DNA of 64,000 nt from Spirochaetaceae bacterium (GTDB lineage: Bacteria > Spirochaetota > Spirochaetia > DSM-2461). Every line of letters starts with the position of its first letter. The stretch's first letter is position 1. The DNA is taken from positions 179,720 through 243,719 of the forward strand of contig JAOPTT010000001.1 in the NCBI GenBank assembly GCA_051531975.1, in the 5' to 3' direction. Under the pieces are notes generated by a model that had not been told where the DNA came from, ran no database searches, and saw only the letters and a program-made list of their open reading frames with translations. Both the position numbers and the translations under genes were made by a program. This document shows, piece after piece, positions 51,881 to 62,631 of the stretch.

Positions 51881-53034
51881 TCTAGAACCCCTTTTAGATC
51901 GTTTATTAAGTCTTTTACATTTTCTAAACCAACAGATATTCTAACAGTTGCGGTAGTTATACCGATCTCCATTAATTCCTCTTCTGAAAATGATGCATGA
52001 CTAATTTTACCAGGTATTTCAATCCTACTATCTGGGGTACCAAAGGAGCATTTTTCACTAAACAGTGTAGTATCACTAACAAGTTTCTCTGCTAACTCCA
52101 CAGTTTCTAGTTGAACTGTCATAACTCCACTAAAATTACTCATCTGCTTTTTAGCTAACTCATGCCCTGGATGGGATTCTAACCCTGGATAAACTACATT
52201 CTTAACTCTGTTGTGACCCTCTAAAAACTTAGCAACAGCTAAAGCCCTACTCTGGTGAGCTTCTAATCTAATTGGTAGCGTAGGTATACCTAAAGATATA
52301 ATATAAACATCCATTGGGTTTTGACTTCGACCTTGAGCATTTGCGCTAAACCTCATATCTTTTAATAGATCTTCTCTATTTGTAACTAAAGCACCACCAA
52401 TAACTGAGCCGTGTCCTGATACATATTTTGTTGTACTAAAGAGTGAGAAGTCAGCTCCTAATTCTAAAGGTCTTTGTGAAACAAATGTAGCTAAGCTATT
52501 ATCCACTGCAAATATTGTATTATATTTTTTGGCTAATTTTGATATTTCTTTTAGGTCAAGAATTTTTAACCCTGGGTTAGTTGGTGATTCAACTAATATA
52601 AGTTTAATATCGTTTTCTGAAAGAATTGTTTCTACTTTAGAGTGATTAGTAAAGTCAGTGAAATGAACTGTAACATTCATACGCTCTTGGTATATTTTTA
52701 ATAACCTAAATGTTCCACCATAAGTATCTTTATCTACAATAATACTATCATTAGCTTTTAATACCGTTTCTAATAACAGAGCAACAGAACCAAGACCAGT
52801 ATGTGTAAGTGTACAACCTAAACCACCACAAACTTTAGCTAGTGTATTTTCAAGTGACTCCCTAGTTGGGTTTCCACTTCTAGTATAATCGTATGGGTCG
52901 TCGCCTTGTTTTTTAAGATCAAATGTTGCTGTCTGATAAATAGGCATATGACTGGCACCATATGGGTCTTTGACATTTCCGGTTTCTGATAAGTGGGCTA
53001 AAATAGTTTCTATTTGTAAATTTTCATCTTTCAT
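51877..53034 (-). CDS. Cys/Met trans-sulfuration PLP enzyme (cystathionine beta/gamma-lyase)
   Basis: PIYQTATF, YTRSGNPTR, ESPTNP, DNS, STTKYVSGH, RISVGLE. Confidence 0.9.
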   Translation of the reverse strand: MKDENLQIETILAHLSETGNVKDPYGASHMPIYQTATFDLKKQGDDPYDYTRSGNPTRESLENTLAKVCGGLGCTLTHTGLGSVALLLETVLKANDSIIVDKDTYGGTFRLLKIYQERMNVTVHFTDFTNHSKVETILSENDIKLILVESPTNPGLKILDLKEISKLAKKYNTIFAVDNSLATFVSQRPLELGADFSLFSTTKYVSGHGSVIGGALVTNREDLLKDMRFSANAQGRSQNPMDVYIISLGIPTLPIRLEAHQSRALAVAKFLEGHNRVKNVVYPGLESHPGHELAKKQMSNFSGVMTVQLETVELAEKLVSDTTLFSEKCSFGTPDSRIEIPGKISHASFSEEELMEIGITTATVRISVGLENVKDLINDLKGVLD

Positions 53035-53074
53035 AAAACGAGTATATAATAAATGTTACTATTAAGACTATCAA

Positions 53075-54766
53075 TTAAATAAGAAACCCTTCATCTTTCA
53101 TTAATTTTTTAAAGGTTTTATAGTCACTTTTATTAAATGCACCTCTAAACCCTTCAACCATTAAAAACAGACCTCTTATTTTATCGTTGTTTAAAACTAC
53201 ATCAATAAAACCCTTATTTTCTCTAGGGAAGTTAATAATTAATAATTCCTGATCGTTATATGTTGGTTCTATTCGATCTTGTATAGCTGTAATAAATTGA
53301 TTCCACACTTCGGGTATAACATCAGGTAACATCTCTTCTAACCTATCAATATTATATGAAACATCTTGGGTCGTTTCACACTCTTTAAAAAAACTTTTAT
53401 AGTTTATAAGATACGCCCCAGAGCCAATAGAGTCCCCTATTCTATTTAAAAACAGATTAAATGCTGAATCTTTTCCTATTGTGCTAACTATGGTTTTTGT
53501 CCTATGAAATATGTATGAGAATTCTTCTGTAGTAGGTTCTACATAGGTAGATTTTTGACCAAATAGTTTTTTACCAAACTGAGTCATTCTAAAATGTGTT
53601 ATTTTATCAAAAGCTGTTAACCCTTGGTTTTTCTCTTTTAATCTTGTGGTTTGCACATTTTCTGAGATCCCAATGTCTACAACTCCAAAAGAGTGAAGCA
53701 TGGTAATTATACCCTTACAAAGAGGTGTTAATAGATAATCCTCATTATCCTCCTTTAAAGTAAGTTCAATATCCCTAGAATACTCCCGTGCAAAAACTTT
53801 ATCAACTTTAACACATAGGTGTTTTCCAAAAAATGACGTATCAAAAATTTGTGTATCTTCATCAAAACTAAGTGTTGTCACTAAAGATCTAATATCTACC
53901 CACTGGTCACAATTGAAGTTAATAATTCTACTTAAGAATGCAAACCTTCCTCTTTTTAGAAAAAGAATTAAGTTGTTATGAGCATTAACACCTTTCACAA
54001 AAGGGTAATATAAAACAGAATCAATAGAGTCAAAATCTTCTGATATCCCACTTTTATATGATTTTAAAAGATCTGAAATGATCTCATCCCACTCTTTAGT
54101 AGGTTCTACAGAACTAATAAATTTAAGTATAAAACTAGCTCTTAAATTTTTACTCTCTTTATCTGCACATTCTAAATCTGTAAAAGGCTCTTTTAAGTTA
54201 AACTTTTTATTAAATTTATTTATAGTTTTTATTAATATTGGTTTGTTTGAATCTCGACTTCTTATATCCTCTTCAACAGTAAAGTCCATAATAGCCTGAA
54301 TATGCCTAGTTATTACAGTATCTGCTAATACTACTGTTTCTGGTTCCTGGAATAAAATATTTCCTGTTTTAGGTCTGGCTAAGTGTAATTTAAAGAGGGA
54401 TCTTAATCCTTCAGAGAACATAATATCTTTACTATAATAGGATTTAAAAAACTTAATAAATGGGTCTTCTGTATTCCCATAATAATCATCTAAGGAGATC
54501 TTAATATTGTATCTACTCTCAATAGATCTTAATGTAGAAATACCATACCATGTTATATGTTTAACAACGTACCTAGCCTCTGGGGTTAAAGAGTTATATA
54601 ACTTCAAAAACTGTTCTTTATTAAAAAATCCATTAACTACACGGTTGGCTATTTCAAGTTTTGTTAGACTCTCCACAGATCTTAAACCTAGGTAGTTAGC
54701 TAAAAGTAAAAGTGATTCTTTTCTATAATGATCGTTTAGATCTAAAGCTATATCTTCTCTGTCCAT
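53075..54766 (-). CDS. Hypothetical SNF2 partner; C-terminus resembles helicase-associated (Helicase_C_3-like) domains
   Basis: 563 aa, 2 bp after the SNF2 stop; FRMTQFG...FLNRIG...YLINYKSF...IPEVW pattern. Confidence 0.6.
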   Translation of the reverse strand: MDREDIALDLNDHYRKESLLLLANYLGLRSVESLTKLEIANRVVNGFFNKEQFLKLYNSLTPEARYVVKHITWYGISTLRSIESRYNIKISLDDYYGNTEDPFIKFFKSYYSKDIMFSEGLRSLFKLHLARPKTGNILFQEPETVVLADTVITRHIQAIMDFTVEEDIRSRDSNKPILIKTINKFNKKFNLKEPFTDLECADKESKNLRASFILKFISSVEPTKEWDEIISDLLKSYKSGISEDFDSIDSVLYYPFVKGVNAHNNLILFLKRGRFAFLSRIINFNCDQWVDIRSLVTTLSFDEDTQIFDTSFFGKHLCVKVDKVFAREYSRDIELTLKEDNEDYLLTPLCKGIITMLHSFGVVDIGISENVQTTRLKEKNQGLTAFDKITHFRMTQFGKKLFGQKSTYVEPTTEEFSYIFHRTKTIVSTIGKDSAFNLFLNRIGDSIGSGAYLINYKSFFKECETTQDVSYNIDRLEEMLPDVIPEVWNQFITAIQDRIEPTYNDQELLIINFPRENKGFIDVVLNNDKIRGLFLMVEGFRGAFNKSDYKTFKKLMKDEGFLI

Positions 54767-54768
54767 AA

Positions 54769-57549
54769 CTAACCTAAAAGGTAATCTATATCCTCCGAAT
54801 CAAAGCCGGTTGTGACCTTCTTATTTTTACTAAATAGGTTATCAAAAAGCTCCTTTTTTCTACTGTGTAGGTCTAATATTTTCTCTTCTATTGTGCCTCT
54901 AGCAATAAACCTATAACAAAATACTGCATTTTTTTGACCAATTCTATGGGTCCTATCAATAGCCTGATTTTCACTTGCTAAGTTCCACCAAGGGTCCATT
55001 ATATAAACATAACTTGCAACAGTTAGGTTTAATCCAACCCCTCCAGTTTTTAGTGTCATTATTAATACTTTAACTTCTGGATCATCCATAAACTCTTCAA
55101 CAATCTTTTCTCTTTTGTTTGTTGCCCCGGTAATAACCCTATGTCCAACTCCAGATTCTACTAAGGAATCACTTAAACCCTTAATTGCAGCAAGAAAATT
55201 TGAAAATACTAATACTTTATGACCACCTTCTACAGTTTCTAATAGTTGTTCTAATATAAGCTCTTTTTTAGGAGAGATAATTGAACCTTTAGATTTAACC
55301 TCAGGTATCGTCGCAATCTGTCGTAGTTCCATAAAAGCTTTAATAATTGTTAATTGGCTTTTATCAATACCTTCATCCCTAATTTGCAGACATATTTTAT
55401 CGTGGTAATCTTTTCTAACAGTTTCATAATAACTTTTTTGTTTCTCTGACATATCTACATATAAGACTTGCTCAGATTTAGCTGGCAGATCGTCTAATAC
55501 GTCCTCTTTTATTCTTCTTAGAAATAGAGGTTTAATCTTGCTTCTAAGTATATTTGTAACAATCTCACTATCTTCTGAAGTTATGGGTCCTGACCACTCA
55601 TCTTTAAACCGTCTGAAACTTCCAAAAAGTGTAGGATTTAAATATCTACAAATTGAAAATAGATCACCTAAACTGTTCTCTATTGGTGTTCCACTCATAC
55701 CTAAACGGAAGTTGGATTTTAATAAAAAACACGCCTTTGCTAATCCAGAAGTGTGGTTTTTAATATTTTGCAATTCATCTAAAATTGTATAAAAGAATGT
55801 TATCTCTTTTATTTTATCTATGTCGTTTCTTAGAGTATGGTATGTGGTTAAAATAATCTGATTTTTATTAAAGGTATGCATATCCCTGGCACCACCATAA
55901 TAAACTCCAACAATTAATTCTGGAGCAAACTTTTTAAACTCATTTATCCAGTTAAAAATCAGAGATTTAGGCATTACAATAAGTGTTGGTTCTTTAGGTT
56001 TAGACTTAAAGACCTGTAGTAAAAAAGTTATAGTTTGCACAGTTTTTCCTAGACCCATATCGTCAGAAAGACAGCCTGCAACACCAACACTATGTAAGTT
56101 TTTCATCCACTTTACACCATCTTCTTGGTAAGGTCTTAGAGTTCCATTAAGTCCTGATAAATCTAATTGTATATTATCTAATTGATCCTTAGTTTTTTTA
56201 TAATTTAAGATCTTTTCTACAAACTCTGCACCTTTAACTCCAGCTTCAAGTTCATTTTCTATATATGGCAGATCAAAAAAACTAACTTCTATGCCGTTTT
56301 TGCCTTCCCGTATAACTTTTTTAATTTTATCTATGTAGGACTTGTCTATAATTCCTTTATCACCATCTTTAAGTGGTATATACCCCTTTTTATTAAAAGT
56401 TGATACTGCTTGATATAGTGGAAGGCTTTCTCCATAAATCTTTAAATGTGCACTACCTTGTAAAAAATCTACAGCACTAGATAAAAGCAGTTCTAGGTTT
56501 GGTTTACTCTTTTTTAATCTATTCTTCTTTAAGAACTTTTCACCAAATAGGCTAAAATTATCTAGAATTGATTTTAATTCTGAACTAAACATAACATGAG
56601 CCATATCAGGGTGCACAATTACACCATTCTCTTCTATATTAAAACTGTCAGTTAGCTCATATTTAACCTCTATATAATAGAGCATTTTTATTAAACTATC
56701 TAATACATCAATTTCGGGAAGTGTTAGTTCACTAATAGTAATTGTTCTGTTATCGTAATTTGTAAACAGTAATTTAGAAGGTCTATAACTATGGTAAAAC
56801 TCTGGTGTTATTAGGTCTTTAAAACTAAAAGATGTATTTATAGTCATAAAACCTGAATCATCAACATTCTCAATAATTAAGGAAGGAAGTAGTTCACACT
56901 CTCCAGTTCTCTCTATTTTAAATCCTGAATATTTAAGTTCAATATTAATAAAATTGCTATAAACAATACTTAGAAACTGATTTACTTCACTCTTTAATAT
57001 TGTTGAATTAAGATCTAATAGAGATTTATAACCAGCCCCTAAAGGCAGTGTTGATAATATTCTATTCCCTACTAAGGAATATCTATCGCTTATGACTCTA
57101 CTTATTTGGTTATCACACAGGGTAACAGAGCATAGTAGTACATCAACAGAATCTATAATATTTAGAACTACAGGGTTATCCATACTTCCACTATAAATAG
57201 CTTTGCCATCCTGGTTTATTAAGTTATCTACCTTGGTTAAAATTTCCAACAAGTCTGGATGTCTATCTAAATAAATATGGGAATATGGGTTATTCCAGTC
57301 AACTATTAGTTTTGTCTCTGTTTTTTTAAGGTTAAAAAGAACTGCTGCATCTCTTAAAGTCCCAGAGAAGTAGTCAGGATTAACCTTTTTATCTTTTAAG
57401 CCTCTATTTACAGTTTTAACATATACACCAAAATCATCAGAAAATAGTGCAAAGAAAAACTGTTTATCTGACTTAGTTTTAACTTTAGTATTATAAGTTG
57501 GAGATTTTTTCTGTTTCATAAAAGTTTCAAAGAATTTTGATTGTTCCAA
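54769..57549 (-). CDS. SNF2-family ATPase/helicase lacking a SWIM finger
   Basis: LSDDMGLGKT, LDELQNIKN, SGTPIEN, GGVGLNLT, QAIDRTHRIGQ. Confidence 0.95.
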   Translation of the reverse strand: MEQSKFFETFMKQKKSPTYNTKVKTKSDKQFFFALFSDDFGVYVKTVNRGLKDKKVNPDYFSGTLRDAAVLFNLKKTETKLIVDWNNPYSHIYLDRHPDLLEILTKVDNLINQDGKAIYSGSMDNPVVLNIIDSVDVLLCSVTLCDNQISRVISDRYSLVGNRILSTLPLGAGYKSLLDLNSTILKSEVNQFLSIVYSNFINIELKYSGFKIERTGECELLPSLIIENVDDSGFMTINTSFSFKDLITPEFYHSYRPSKLLFTNYDNRTITISELTLPEIDVLDSLIKMLYYIEVKYELTDSFNIEENGVIVHPDMAHVMFSSELKSILDNFSLFGEKFLKKNRLKKSKPNLELLLSSAVDFLQGSAHLKIYGESLPLYQAVSTFNKKGYIPLKDGDKGIIDKSYIDKIKKVIREGKNGIEVSFFDLPYIENELEAGVKGAEFVEKILNYKKTKDQLDNIQLDLSGLNGTLRPYQEDGVKWMKNLHSVGVAGCLSDDMGLGKTVQTITFLLQVFKSKPKEPTLIVMPKSLIFNWINEFKKFAPELIVGVYYGGARDMHTFNKNQIILTTYHTLRNDIDKIKEITFFYTILDELQNIKNHTSGLAKACFLLKSNFRLGMSGTPIENSLGDLFSICRYLNPTLFGSFRRFKDEWSGPITSEDSEIVTNILRSKIKPLFLRRIKEDVLDDLPAKSEQVLYVDMSEKQKSYYETVRKDYHDKICLQIRDEGIDKSQLTIIKAFMELRQIATIPEVKSKGSIISPKKELILEQLLETVEGGHKVLVFSNFLAAIKGLSDSLVESGVGHRVITGATNKREKIVEEFMDDPEVKVLIMTLKTGGVGLNLTVASYVYIMDPWWNLASENQAIDRTHRIGQKNAVFCYRFIARGTIEEKILDLHSRKKELFDNLFSKNKKVTTGFDSEDIDYLLG

Positions 57550-57551
57550 TT

Positions 57552-58259
57552 TTATTTTTTTGTCATCCTTTTTAGAATTTTTGATAAAGTATTATTAGAT
57601 GCAAAATTACTACCAGAGGTAAAACTCATTATATTTTTCTCTTCACCTACTGCTAAAAGTATATCTTCAGTTGTTAATACATAGTCTGGTACAAAAAAGC
57701 TATACTCTGATTGGCTACCTTTTTTAATTGCTACAATGTTAATTCCTACATCGTATCTAAGGTTAGCCTGAACTAAAGTTTTACCTACATATTTCGATGG
57801 AACAATAATTTCAGCCATAACAAGCCCACTACTAATTGGCATAAAGTTATACAGGGTATCTGATACCAGTAGTGGAGTTACTCTTCTAGCTGCTTCTAAA
57901 TCTGGATATATAACATGGGCAGCTCCTACTATAGATAAAATCTCTCCATGTCTATCAGAATCAGCCTTAACTACGATCTTCTCTACTCCTATTTTTTTTA
58001 AATAGTTTGTAACTAAAATTGTAGCTTCAAGATTTGTTCCTAAATCTAATATTACTGCATCTATATCTGCAGGAATAAGTTTAATAATAACCTCTTCGTC
58101 CATCACATCTACAATATAAGCTGCGTGAACTTTATCTTTTAAACGGTCAATAACTTCTCTGTCTCTATCTAAAAGTATAATTTCTGATCCTAATTCAACC
58201 ATTTCATCTACAACACGACACCCAAAAGGGCCTAAACCAATAACTGCAAACTGTTTCAT
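57552..58259 (-). CDS. trkA: Trk/Ktr potassium uptake regulatory subunit
   Basis: VIGLGPFG Rossmann motif, TrkA-C domain. Confidence 0.93.
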   Translation of the reverse strand: MKQFAVIGLGPFGCRVVDEMVELGSEIILLDRDREVIDRLKDKVHAAYIVDVMDEEVIIKLIPADIDAVILDLGTNLEATILVTNYLKKIGVEKIVVKADSDRHGEILSIVGAAHVIYPDLEAARRVTPLLVSDTLYNFMPISSGLVMAEIIVPSKYVGKTLVQANLRYDVGINIVAIKKGSQSEYSFFVPDYVLTTEDILLAVGEEKNIMSFTSGSNFASNNTLSKILKRMTKK

Positions 58260-59590
58260 CCTATTAACACCTCTCCTTCGGGGAATTCAATTGTTCTATC
58301 TAAAGTTTCTACATGCTTAGGTAATATAAGTGAAAATAGACCTATTCTACCTGCAAACATTGTACATACAAGAATTAACTTACTAACTGTACTTAGATTT
58401 GGTGTTACATCTAAAGACAATCCAACTGTAGCAATTGCAGAAAATGATTCAAAAGTTATATCCATAAATGTAAACTTATTTCCATTAAAGGACTCTGATA
58501 TTAAAAGTCCAACTATTGTTAAAAATACTAAAACCAAGGCTTTGCCAAAAAAGATCCCAGCTCTAGTTAACTGGACATGGCTTATCTTTCTTCTGAATAT
58601 AGTAACTCCACGTTTTTCATCTAACCCCTGTATTAAAACACAAAAAAGTAGAAAAGCCGTAGTAACTTTAAGCCCACCTGCAGTAGAACCTGAACCACCG
58701 CCAATTAACATATATGCTAGTGATACAGTTTTAGAAGTCAAAGTCATCCCTGCTTGATCTATAGTATTAAAACCTGCAGTTCTAGTAGTTACAGACTGAA
58801 ATAGAGAAGGTAATATTTTTTGACTCCACGTAAGTCCTTCTAATGTTGTACTGTTATATTCAAAGATATAAAAAAGTATAGCACCAGAAACTATTAATAC
58901 CAAAGTACTAACTAACATAATTTTTGTATGAAGAAGTAGAATAATATCTTTACCTATAAACATATCGTATAAGTCCTGAAGGACCATAAAACCCATACCA
59001 CCTGTAATTATTAATAACATAAATGTTACAGATGTAAATGTATTGTCCCTAAACATAGTTAACCCACCAGGAAGCGTCGAAAAACCTGCATTACAAAAAG
59101 CTGATATGGAATGAAATATAGCATTAAATACTGGAGATTCAATATTTAACTTTCTAAATGATATAAAGAGAAATATAGCACCTATAAACTCTAGGGTTAA
59201 TGTAAATTTTAGTACAATTTTAATTATATACCGTGGGTCTACAATCTCTTCATTAGTAAAATAGTTTTGTATAATATTAGTATTAGCTATTGTTAGTTTT
59301 CTTCTTGGTAAAGCTAAAAACATTGATGAGAATGTAATTAACCCTAATCCTCCTACTTGAATTAGAGTAATTAAAATGATCTTACCAAAAAATGTCATAC
59401 CTAGAATATTAACTGTGGATAACCCGGTTACGCAAACTGCTGATACCGAAGTAAATAGCGCATCTATTAATTTGAACTCTACAGTTTTCTGCCAAGAAAT
59501 AGGAAGTGATAAAAACAGTGTACCAATTAATATTATAGATATAAAAAAGATGAAAAGGATATCTCTCTCTTTTAGGTATATTTTTTTCAT
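58256..59590 (-). CDS. trkH: Trk/Ktr potassium uptake membrane subunit
   Basis: SAVCVTGL, SAFCNAGF, TTRTAGF, SAIATVGLS pore motifs. Confidence 0.95.
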   Translation of the reverse strand: MKKIYLKERDILFIFFISIILIGTLFLSLPISWQKTVEFKLIDALFTSVSAVCVTGLSTVNILGMTFFGKIILITLIQVGGLGLITFSSMFLALPRRKLTIANTNIIQNYFTNEEIVDPRYIIKIVLKFTLTLEFIGAIFLFISFRKLNIESPVFNAIFHSISAFCNAGFSTLPGGLTMFRDNTFTSVTFMLLIITGGMGFMVLQDLYDMFIGKDIILLLHTKIMLVSTLVLIVSGAILFYIFEYNSTTLEGLTWSQKILPSLFQSVTTRTAGFNTIDQAGMTLTSKTVSLAYMLIGGGSGSTAGGLKVTTAFLLFCVLIQGLDEKRGVTIFRRKISHVQLTRAGIFFGKALVLVFLTIVGLLISESFNGNKFTFMDITFESFSAIATVGLSLDVTPNLSTVSKLILVCTMFAGRIGLFSLILPKHVETLDRTIEFPEGEVLIG

Positions 59591-59712
59591 TTGTAAATTA
59601 TACAGTCTTTGTTTTTCTTATTAAAGAGTATTAAAAAAATTAGTCGTTCCTATAAAAAGGCACAACTTCTTAAATAATGTTCAATTTTTTAAAGATTTCA
59701 CTAACATTTTGT

Positions 59713-59791
59713 TTGACAGTAGGAATAATAATACTTATTATTAAGAAATAAGGAATGTATTTAAAGCAGATGACGGTACATTTTAAATACA
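59713..59791 (+). promoter_or_regulatory. xylA promoter, candidate operator and leader hairpin
   Basis: TTGACA, 17 bp, TATTAT (59713-59741); IR CTTATT-N7-AATAAG; stem TGTATTTAAA...TTTAAATACA. Confidence 0.55.
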
Positions 59792-59813
59792 AATATAAAA
59801 CAGGAGTGCTTTA

Positions 59814-61130
59814 ATGAAAGAGTATTTTACAGGAATAGACAAAATAAAGTTTGAAGGGGAATCATCAACTGATCCCTTAGCATTTAAATATTACGATGCA
59901 GATAGAGTTGTAGCTGGTAAAAAGATGAAAGATCATCTACGATTTTCAATGAGTTATTGGCATACAATGACTGGTGGTGGTAACGATCCTTTTGGTATGG
60001 CAACTATGGAAAGACCATACGATGGTTTAGATGGTATGGACTTAGCTAAAGCAAGAGTTGATGCAGCTTTTGAACTAATGGTTAAATTGGGTATGGAGTT
60101 TTTCTGCTTCCATGATCTTGATATATCACCAGAGGGTGACTCACTAGAAGAGAAAGAGAAAAACCTTGATATAATTGCCGACTTAATTGAAGCAAAGATG
60201 AAAGAGACTGGTATTAAATGTCTCTGGGGAACTACAAATGGTTTTAGTAACCCAAGGTTTGTTCATGGTGCTTCCACAGCTCCTAATGCAGATGTATTTG
60301 CTTTTGCTGCTGCTCAGGTTAAAAAAGCTCTTGAATTAACTAACCGATTTGGTGGAGAGAACTATGTATTCTGGGGTGGTCGAGAAGGTTACGAGACTCT
60401 ACTTAATACTGATGTAGCTTTAGAAAGCGATAACTTTGCAAGGTTCCTACATATGGCTAAAGATTATGCTAAAAAAATTGGTTTTAAAGGTCAGTTCTTA
60501 ATTGAGCCTAAACCAAAAGAGCCAACAAAACATCAGTATGACTTTGATGCAATGACTGTATTAGCTTTCTTAAGAAAATATGATTTAGAAGATACAATTA
60601 AAATGAATATTGAGGCAAATCATGCAACTTTAGCTGGACATACTTTCCAACACGAACTTTTAATGTCTAGAATTAACGGTGTTTTAGGTAGTATTGATGC
60701 TAACCAAGGTGACATGTTATTAGGTTGGGATACTGACCAGTTCCCTACAAATATCTATGATGCAACTATGTGCATGTACGAAGTATTAAAAAATGGTGGA
60801 ATAGCTCCAGGTGGTTTAAACTTTGACTCAAAAGTTAGACGTGGTTCATTCCAACCAGACGATCTATTTATGTCTTACATTGTTGGTATGGATACATTTG
60901 CAAAAGGTCTTTTAGTTGCAGAGAAACTATATTCCGATGGAGTATTAGAGGACTTTGTTGCTAAACGTTACGAGTCATATAACACTGGAATTGGAAAAGA
61001 TATTGTTGATGGTAAAGTCGACTTTGAAGCTTTAGCAGAGTATGCTAAAAACAATAAAAACCTTACAAACTCATCTGGTAGACAGGAGATGTTAGAAGGT
61101 ATTGTTAATAGTTATATTTACAGATCATAA
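59814..61130 (+). CDS. xylA: Xylose isomerase (class II)
   Basis: [38 protein letters not shown]. Confidence 0.98.
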   Translation: MKEYFTGIDKIKFEGESSTDPLAFKYYDADRVVAGKKMKDHLRFSMSYWHTMTGGGNDPFGMATMERPYDGLDGMDLAKARVDAAFELMVKLGMEFFCFHDLDISPEGDSLEEKEKNLDIIADLIEAKMKETGIKCLWGTTNGFSNPRFVHGASTAPNADVFAFAAAQVKKALELTNRFGGENYVFWGGREGYETLLNTDVALESDNFARFLHMAKDYAKKIGFKGQFLIEPKPKEPTKHQYDFDAMTVLAFLRKYDLEDTIKMNIEANHATLAGHTFQHELLMSRINGVLGSIDANQGDMLLGWDTDQFPTNIYDATMCMYEVLKNGGIAPGGLNFDSKVRRGSFQPDDLFMSYIVGMDTFAKGLLVAEKLYSDGVLEDFVAKRYESYNTGIGKDIVDGKVDFEALAEYAKNNKNLTNSSGRQEMLEGIVNSYIYRS

Positions 61131-61142
61131 TACTATATAGAT

Positions 61143-61175
61143 AAATATGGACTCACACCCAGTGAGCCCATATTT
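61143..61175. terminator. Bidirectional terminator-like hairpin
   Basis: AAATATGGACTCAC...GTGAGCCCATATTT between convergent genes. Confidence 0.7.
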
Positions 61176-61189
61176 GATATAATTCCTTT

Positions 61190-62461
61190 CTATGCAGATT
61201 CTATACCATACTTTTCAGCTTCTGTAATTATCATAGGAGATTCTTTTAATAAAAATGTCATAAATAGCGCGATTATAGATAGTCCAATAAAAATTAACAT
61301 CCAAAGTTTCATACCCTCAGATGTTGACATCTGACTAACAAAAACTAAACCAGATATTTGACCAGCTAATAAGATAATTCCCTGAGAAGTAGATTCAGAT
61401 GCAGGAGAACTTACTTCCGCGGCATACTGAAATCCTATAGGCCCTGCACTCATAACAAAAAATCCAAGTGTAAATGAGCTAATTAATAGTGGAATAAAAG
61501 ATGTTAGTAGAGCTAAACCAATAACCGATGGAACCATACCTATCATACATATCTGTAAAAATAGTTTTCTCTTACGTTGCTTATCAGATAGTATTGGCAT
61601 AATAACAGCACCAATAATTCCTCCAATCAACATTATACCACCTGTTAATCCACTCTGATCCATAGTTAATCCTTTAGATGAACATATAGAGTCAATAACT
61701 GTTGAAACTGCATTAAATAGACCAAGACCTATAAAAAACAGAACAAGTAATAGTCTCATATCTTTAAGTTTTAATATCCTTTTTAGTCCACTAAAAAAGT
61801 CCTGCTTCTCGACCACAATAGCTGCTGGTGGTGTTGGAGGACACTCTTTAATTAAAATAGTAGCAACTAGTCCGGCTACAAATGTTAAAATACCATAAAA
61901 CATTAACATTGATTTAACACCCTCCACAGATATTATCTGCCCAGATTCGTTATATCCAACTGTTAATAACATTGGAGTAATAAGCATAACTGTTAAAATC
62001 CCCAAATATTGTGCCAATGCTGCTATTCCTCCAGCAGTACCCCTCTCTCTTAATGGAAACCATCTGACAGTTAGAGCAGTTACAGAGTTAAGTATAAATG
62101 GTTGAGCAACTGCTAAGCCAATCTGGAAAAGTAAAACAACAGTAAAGTTATCTGCAAATATTCCTTTACCTAATGCACAGATTCCTGCAATTAATGAACC
62201 TGTAACAATTCCAATTTTAATACCATATGTATCTATTATATAGGAAGCTGGTATACATAGAATTAAGAATACAAACATGTACGTCATTGATAAGAAGTCT
62301 ATATTTATTATAGAACCTGGAGTTAACTGGGATTGATAGAAAAATCCAGCTGCCCTTGCTACTGGCGCAAAAGTTAACCATTGAATCTGAATAGTTGCTG
62401 CAATTAGAAAATAGGCGAATAGAACTACCCACCTATATTTGTATACCTTAAAGTCATCCAT
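61190..62461 (-). CDS. MFS transporter (FLVCR-like)
   Basis: YKYRWVVL, AQPF, WFPLRERG, LSDKQRKRK; about 12 TM segments. Confidence 0.9.
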   Translation of the reverse strand: MDDFKVYKYRWVVLFAYFLIAATIQIQWLTFAPVARAAGFFYQSQLTPGSIINIDFLSMTYMFVFLILCIPASYIIDTYGIKIGIVTGSLIAGICALGKGIFADNFTVVLLFQIGLAVAQPFILNSVTALTVRWFPLRERGTAGGIAALAQYLGILTVMLITPMLLTVGYNESGQIISVEGVKSMLMFYGILTFVAGLVATILIKECPPTPPAAIVVEKQDFFSGLKRILKLKDMRLLLVLFFIGLGLFNAVSTVIDSICSSKGLTMDQSGLTGGIMLIGGIIGAVIMPILSDKQRKRKLFLQICMIGMVPSVIGLALLTSFIPLLISSFTLGFFVMSAGPIGFQYAAEVSSPASESTSQGIILLAGQISGLVFVSQMSTSEGMKLWMLIFIGLSIIALFMTFLLKESPMIITEAEKYGIESA

Positions 62462-62631
62462 TAAAACCTCCACAATCTATTTATGGTAACCCTAAAAAGT
62501 CAATTGAACAACTTAATAATGCCACAGGGTGGGCACTCTGTAGCTTTTAGTTACTTTTATTAAATAATTTGTTATTTTAGTTGTAATTAGATCCAAAATT
62601 AAGCTTCTTATATAATTATTGATTTCCTCTT

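Noticed and set aside
112..62432. Numerous short ORFs antisense to or inside real genes (e.g. 398, 2099, 6883, 19736, 23134, 34042, 55538)
   Set aside because: Shadow ORFs overlapping well-supported genes, without RBS or motifs
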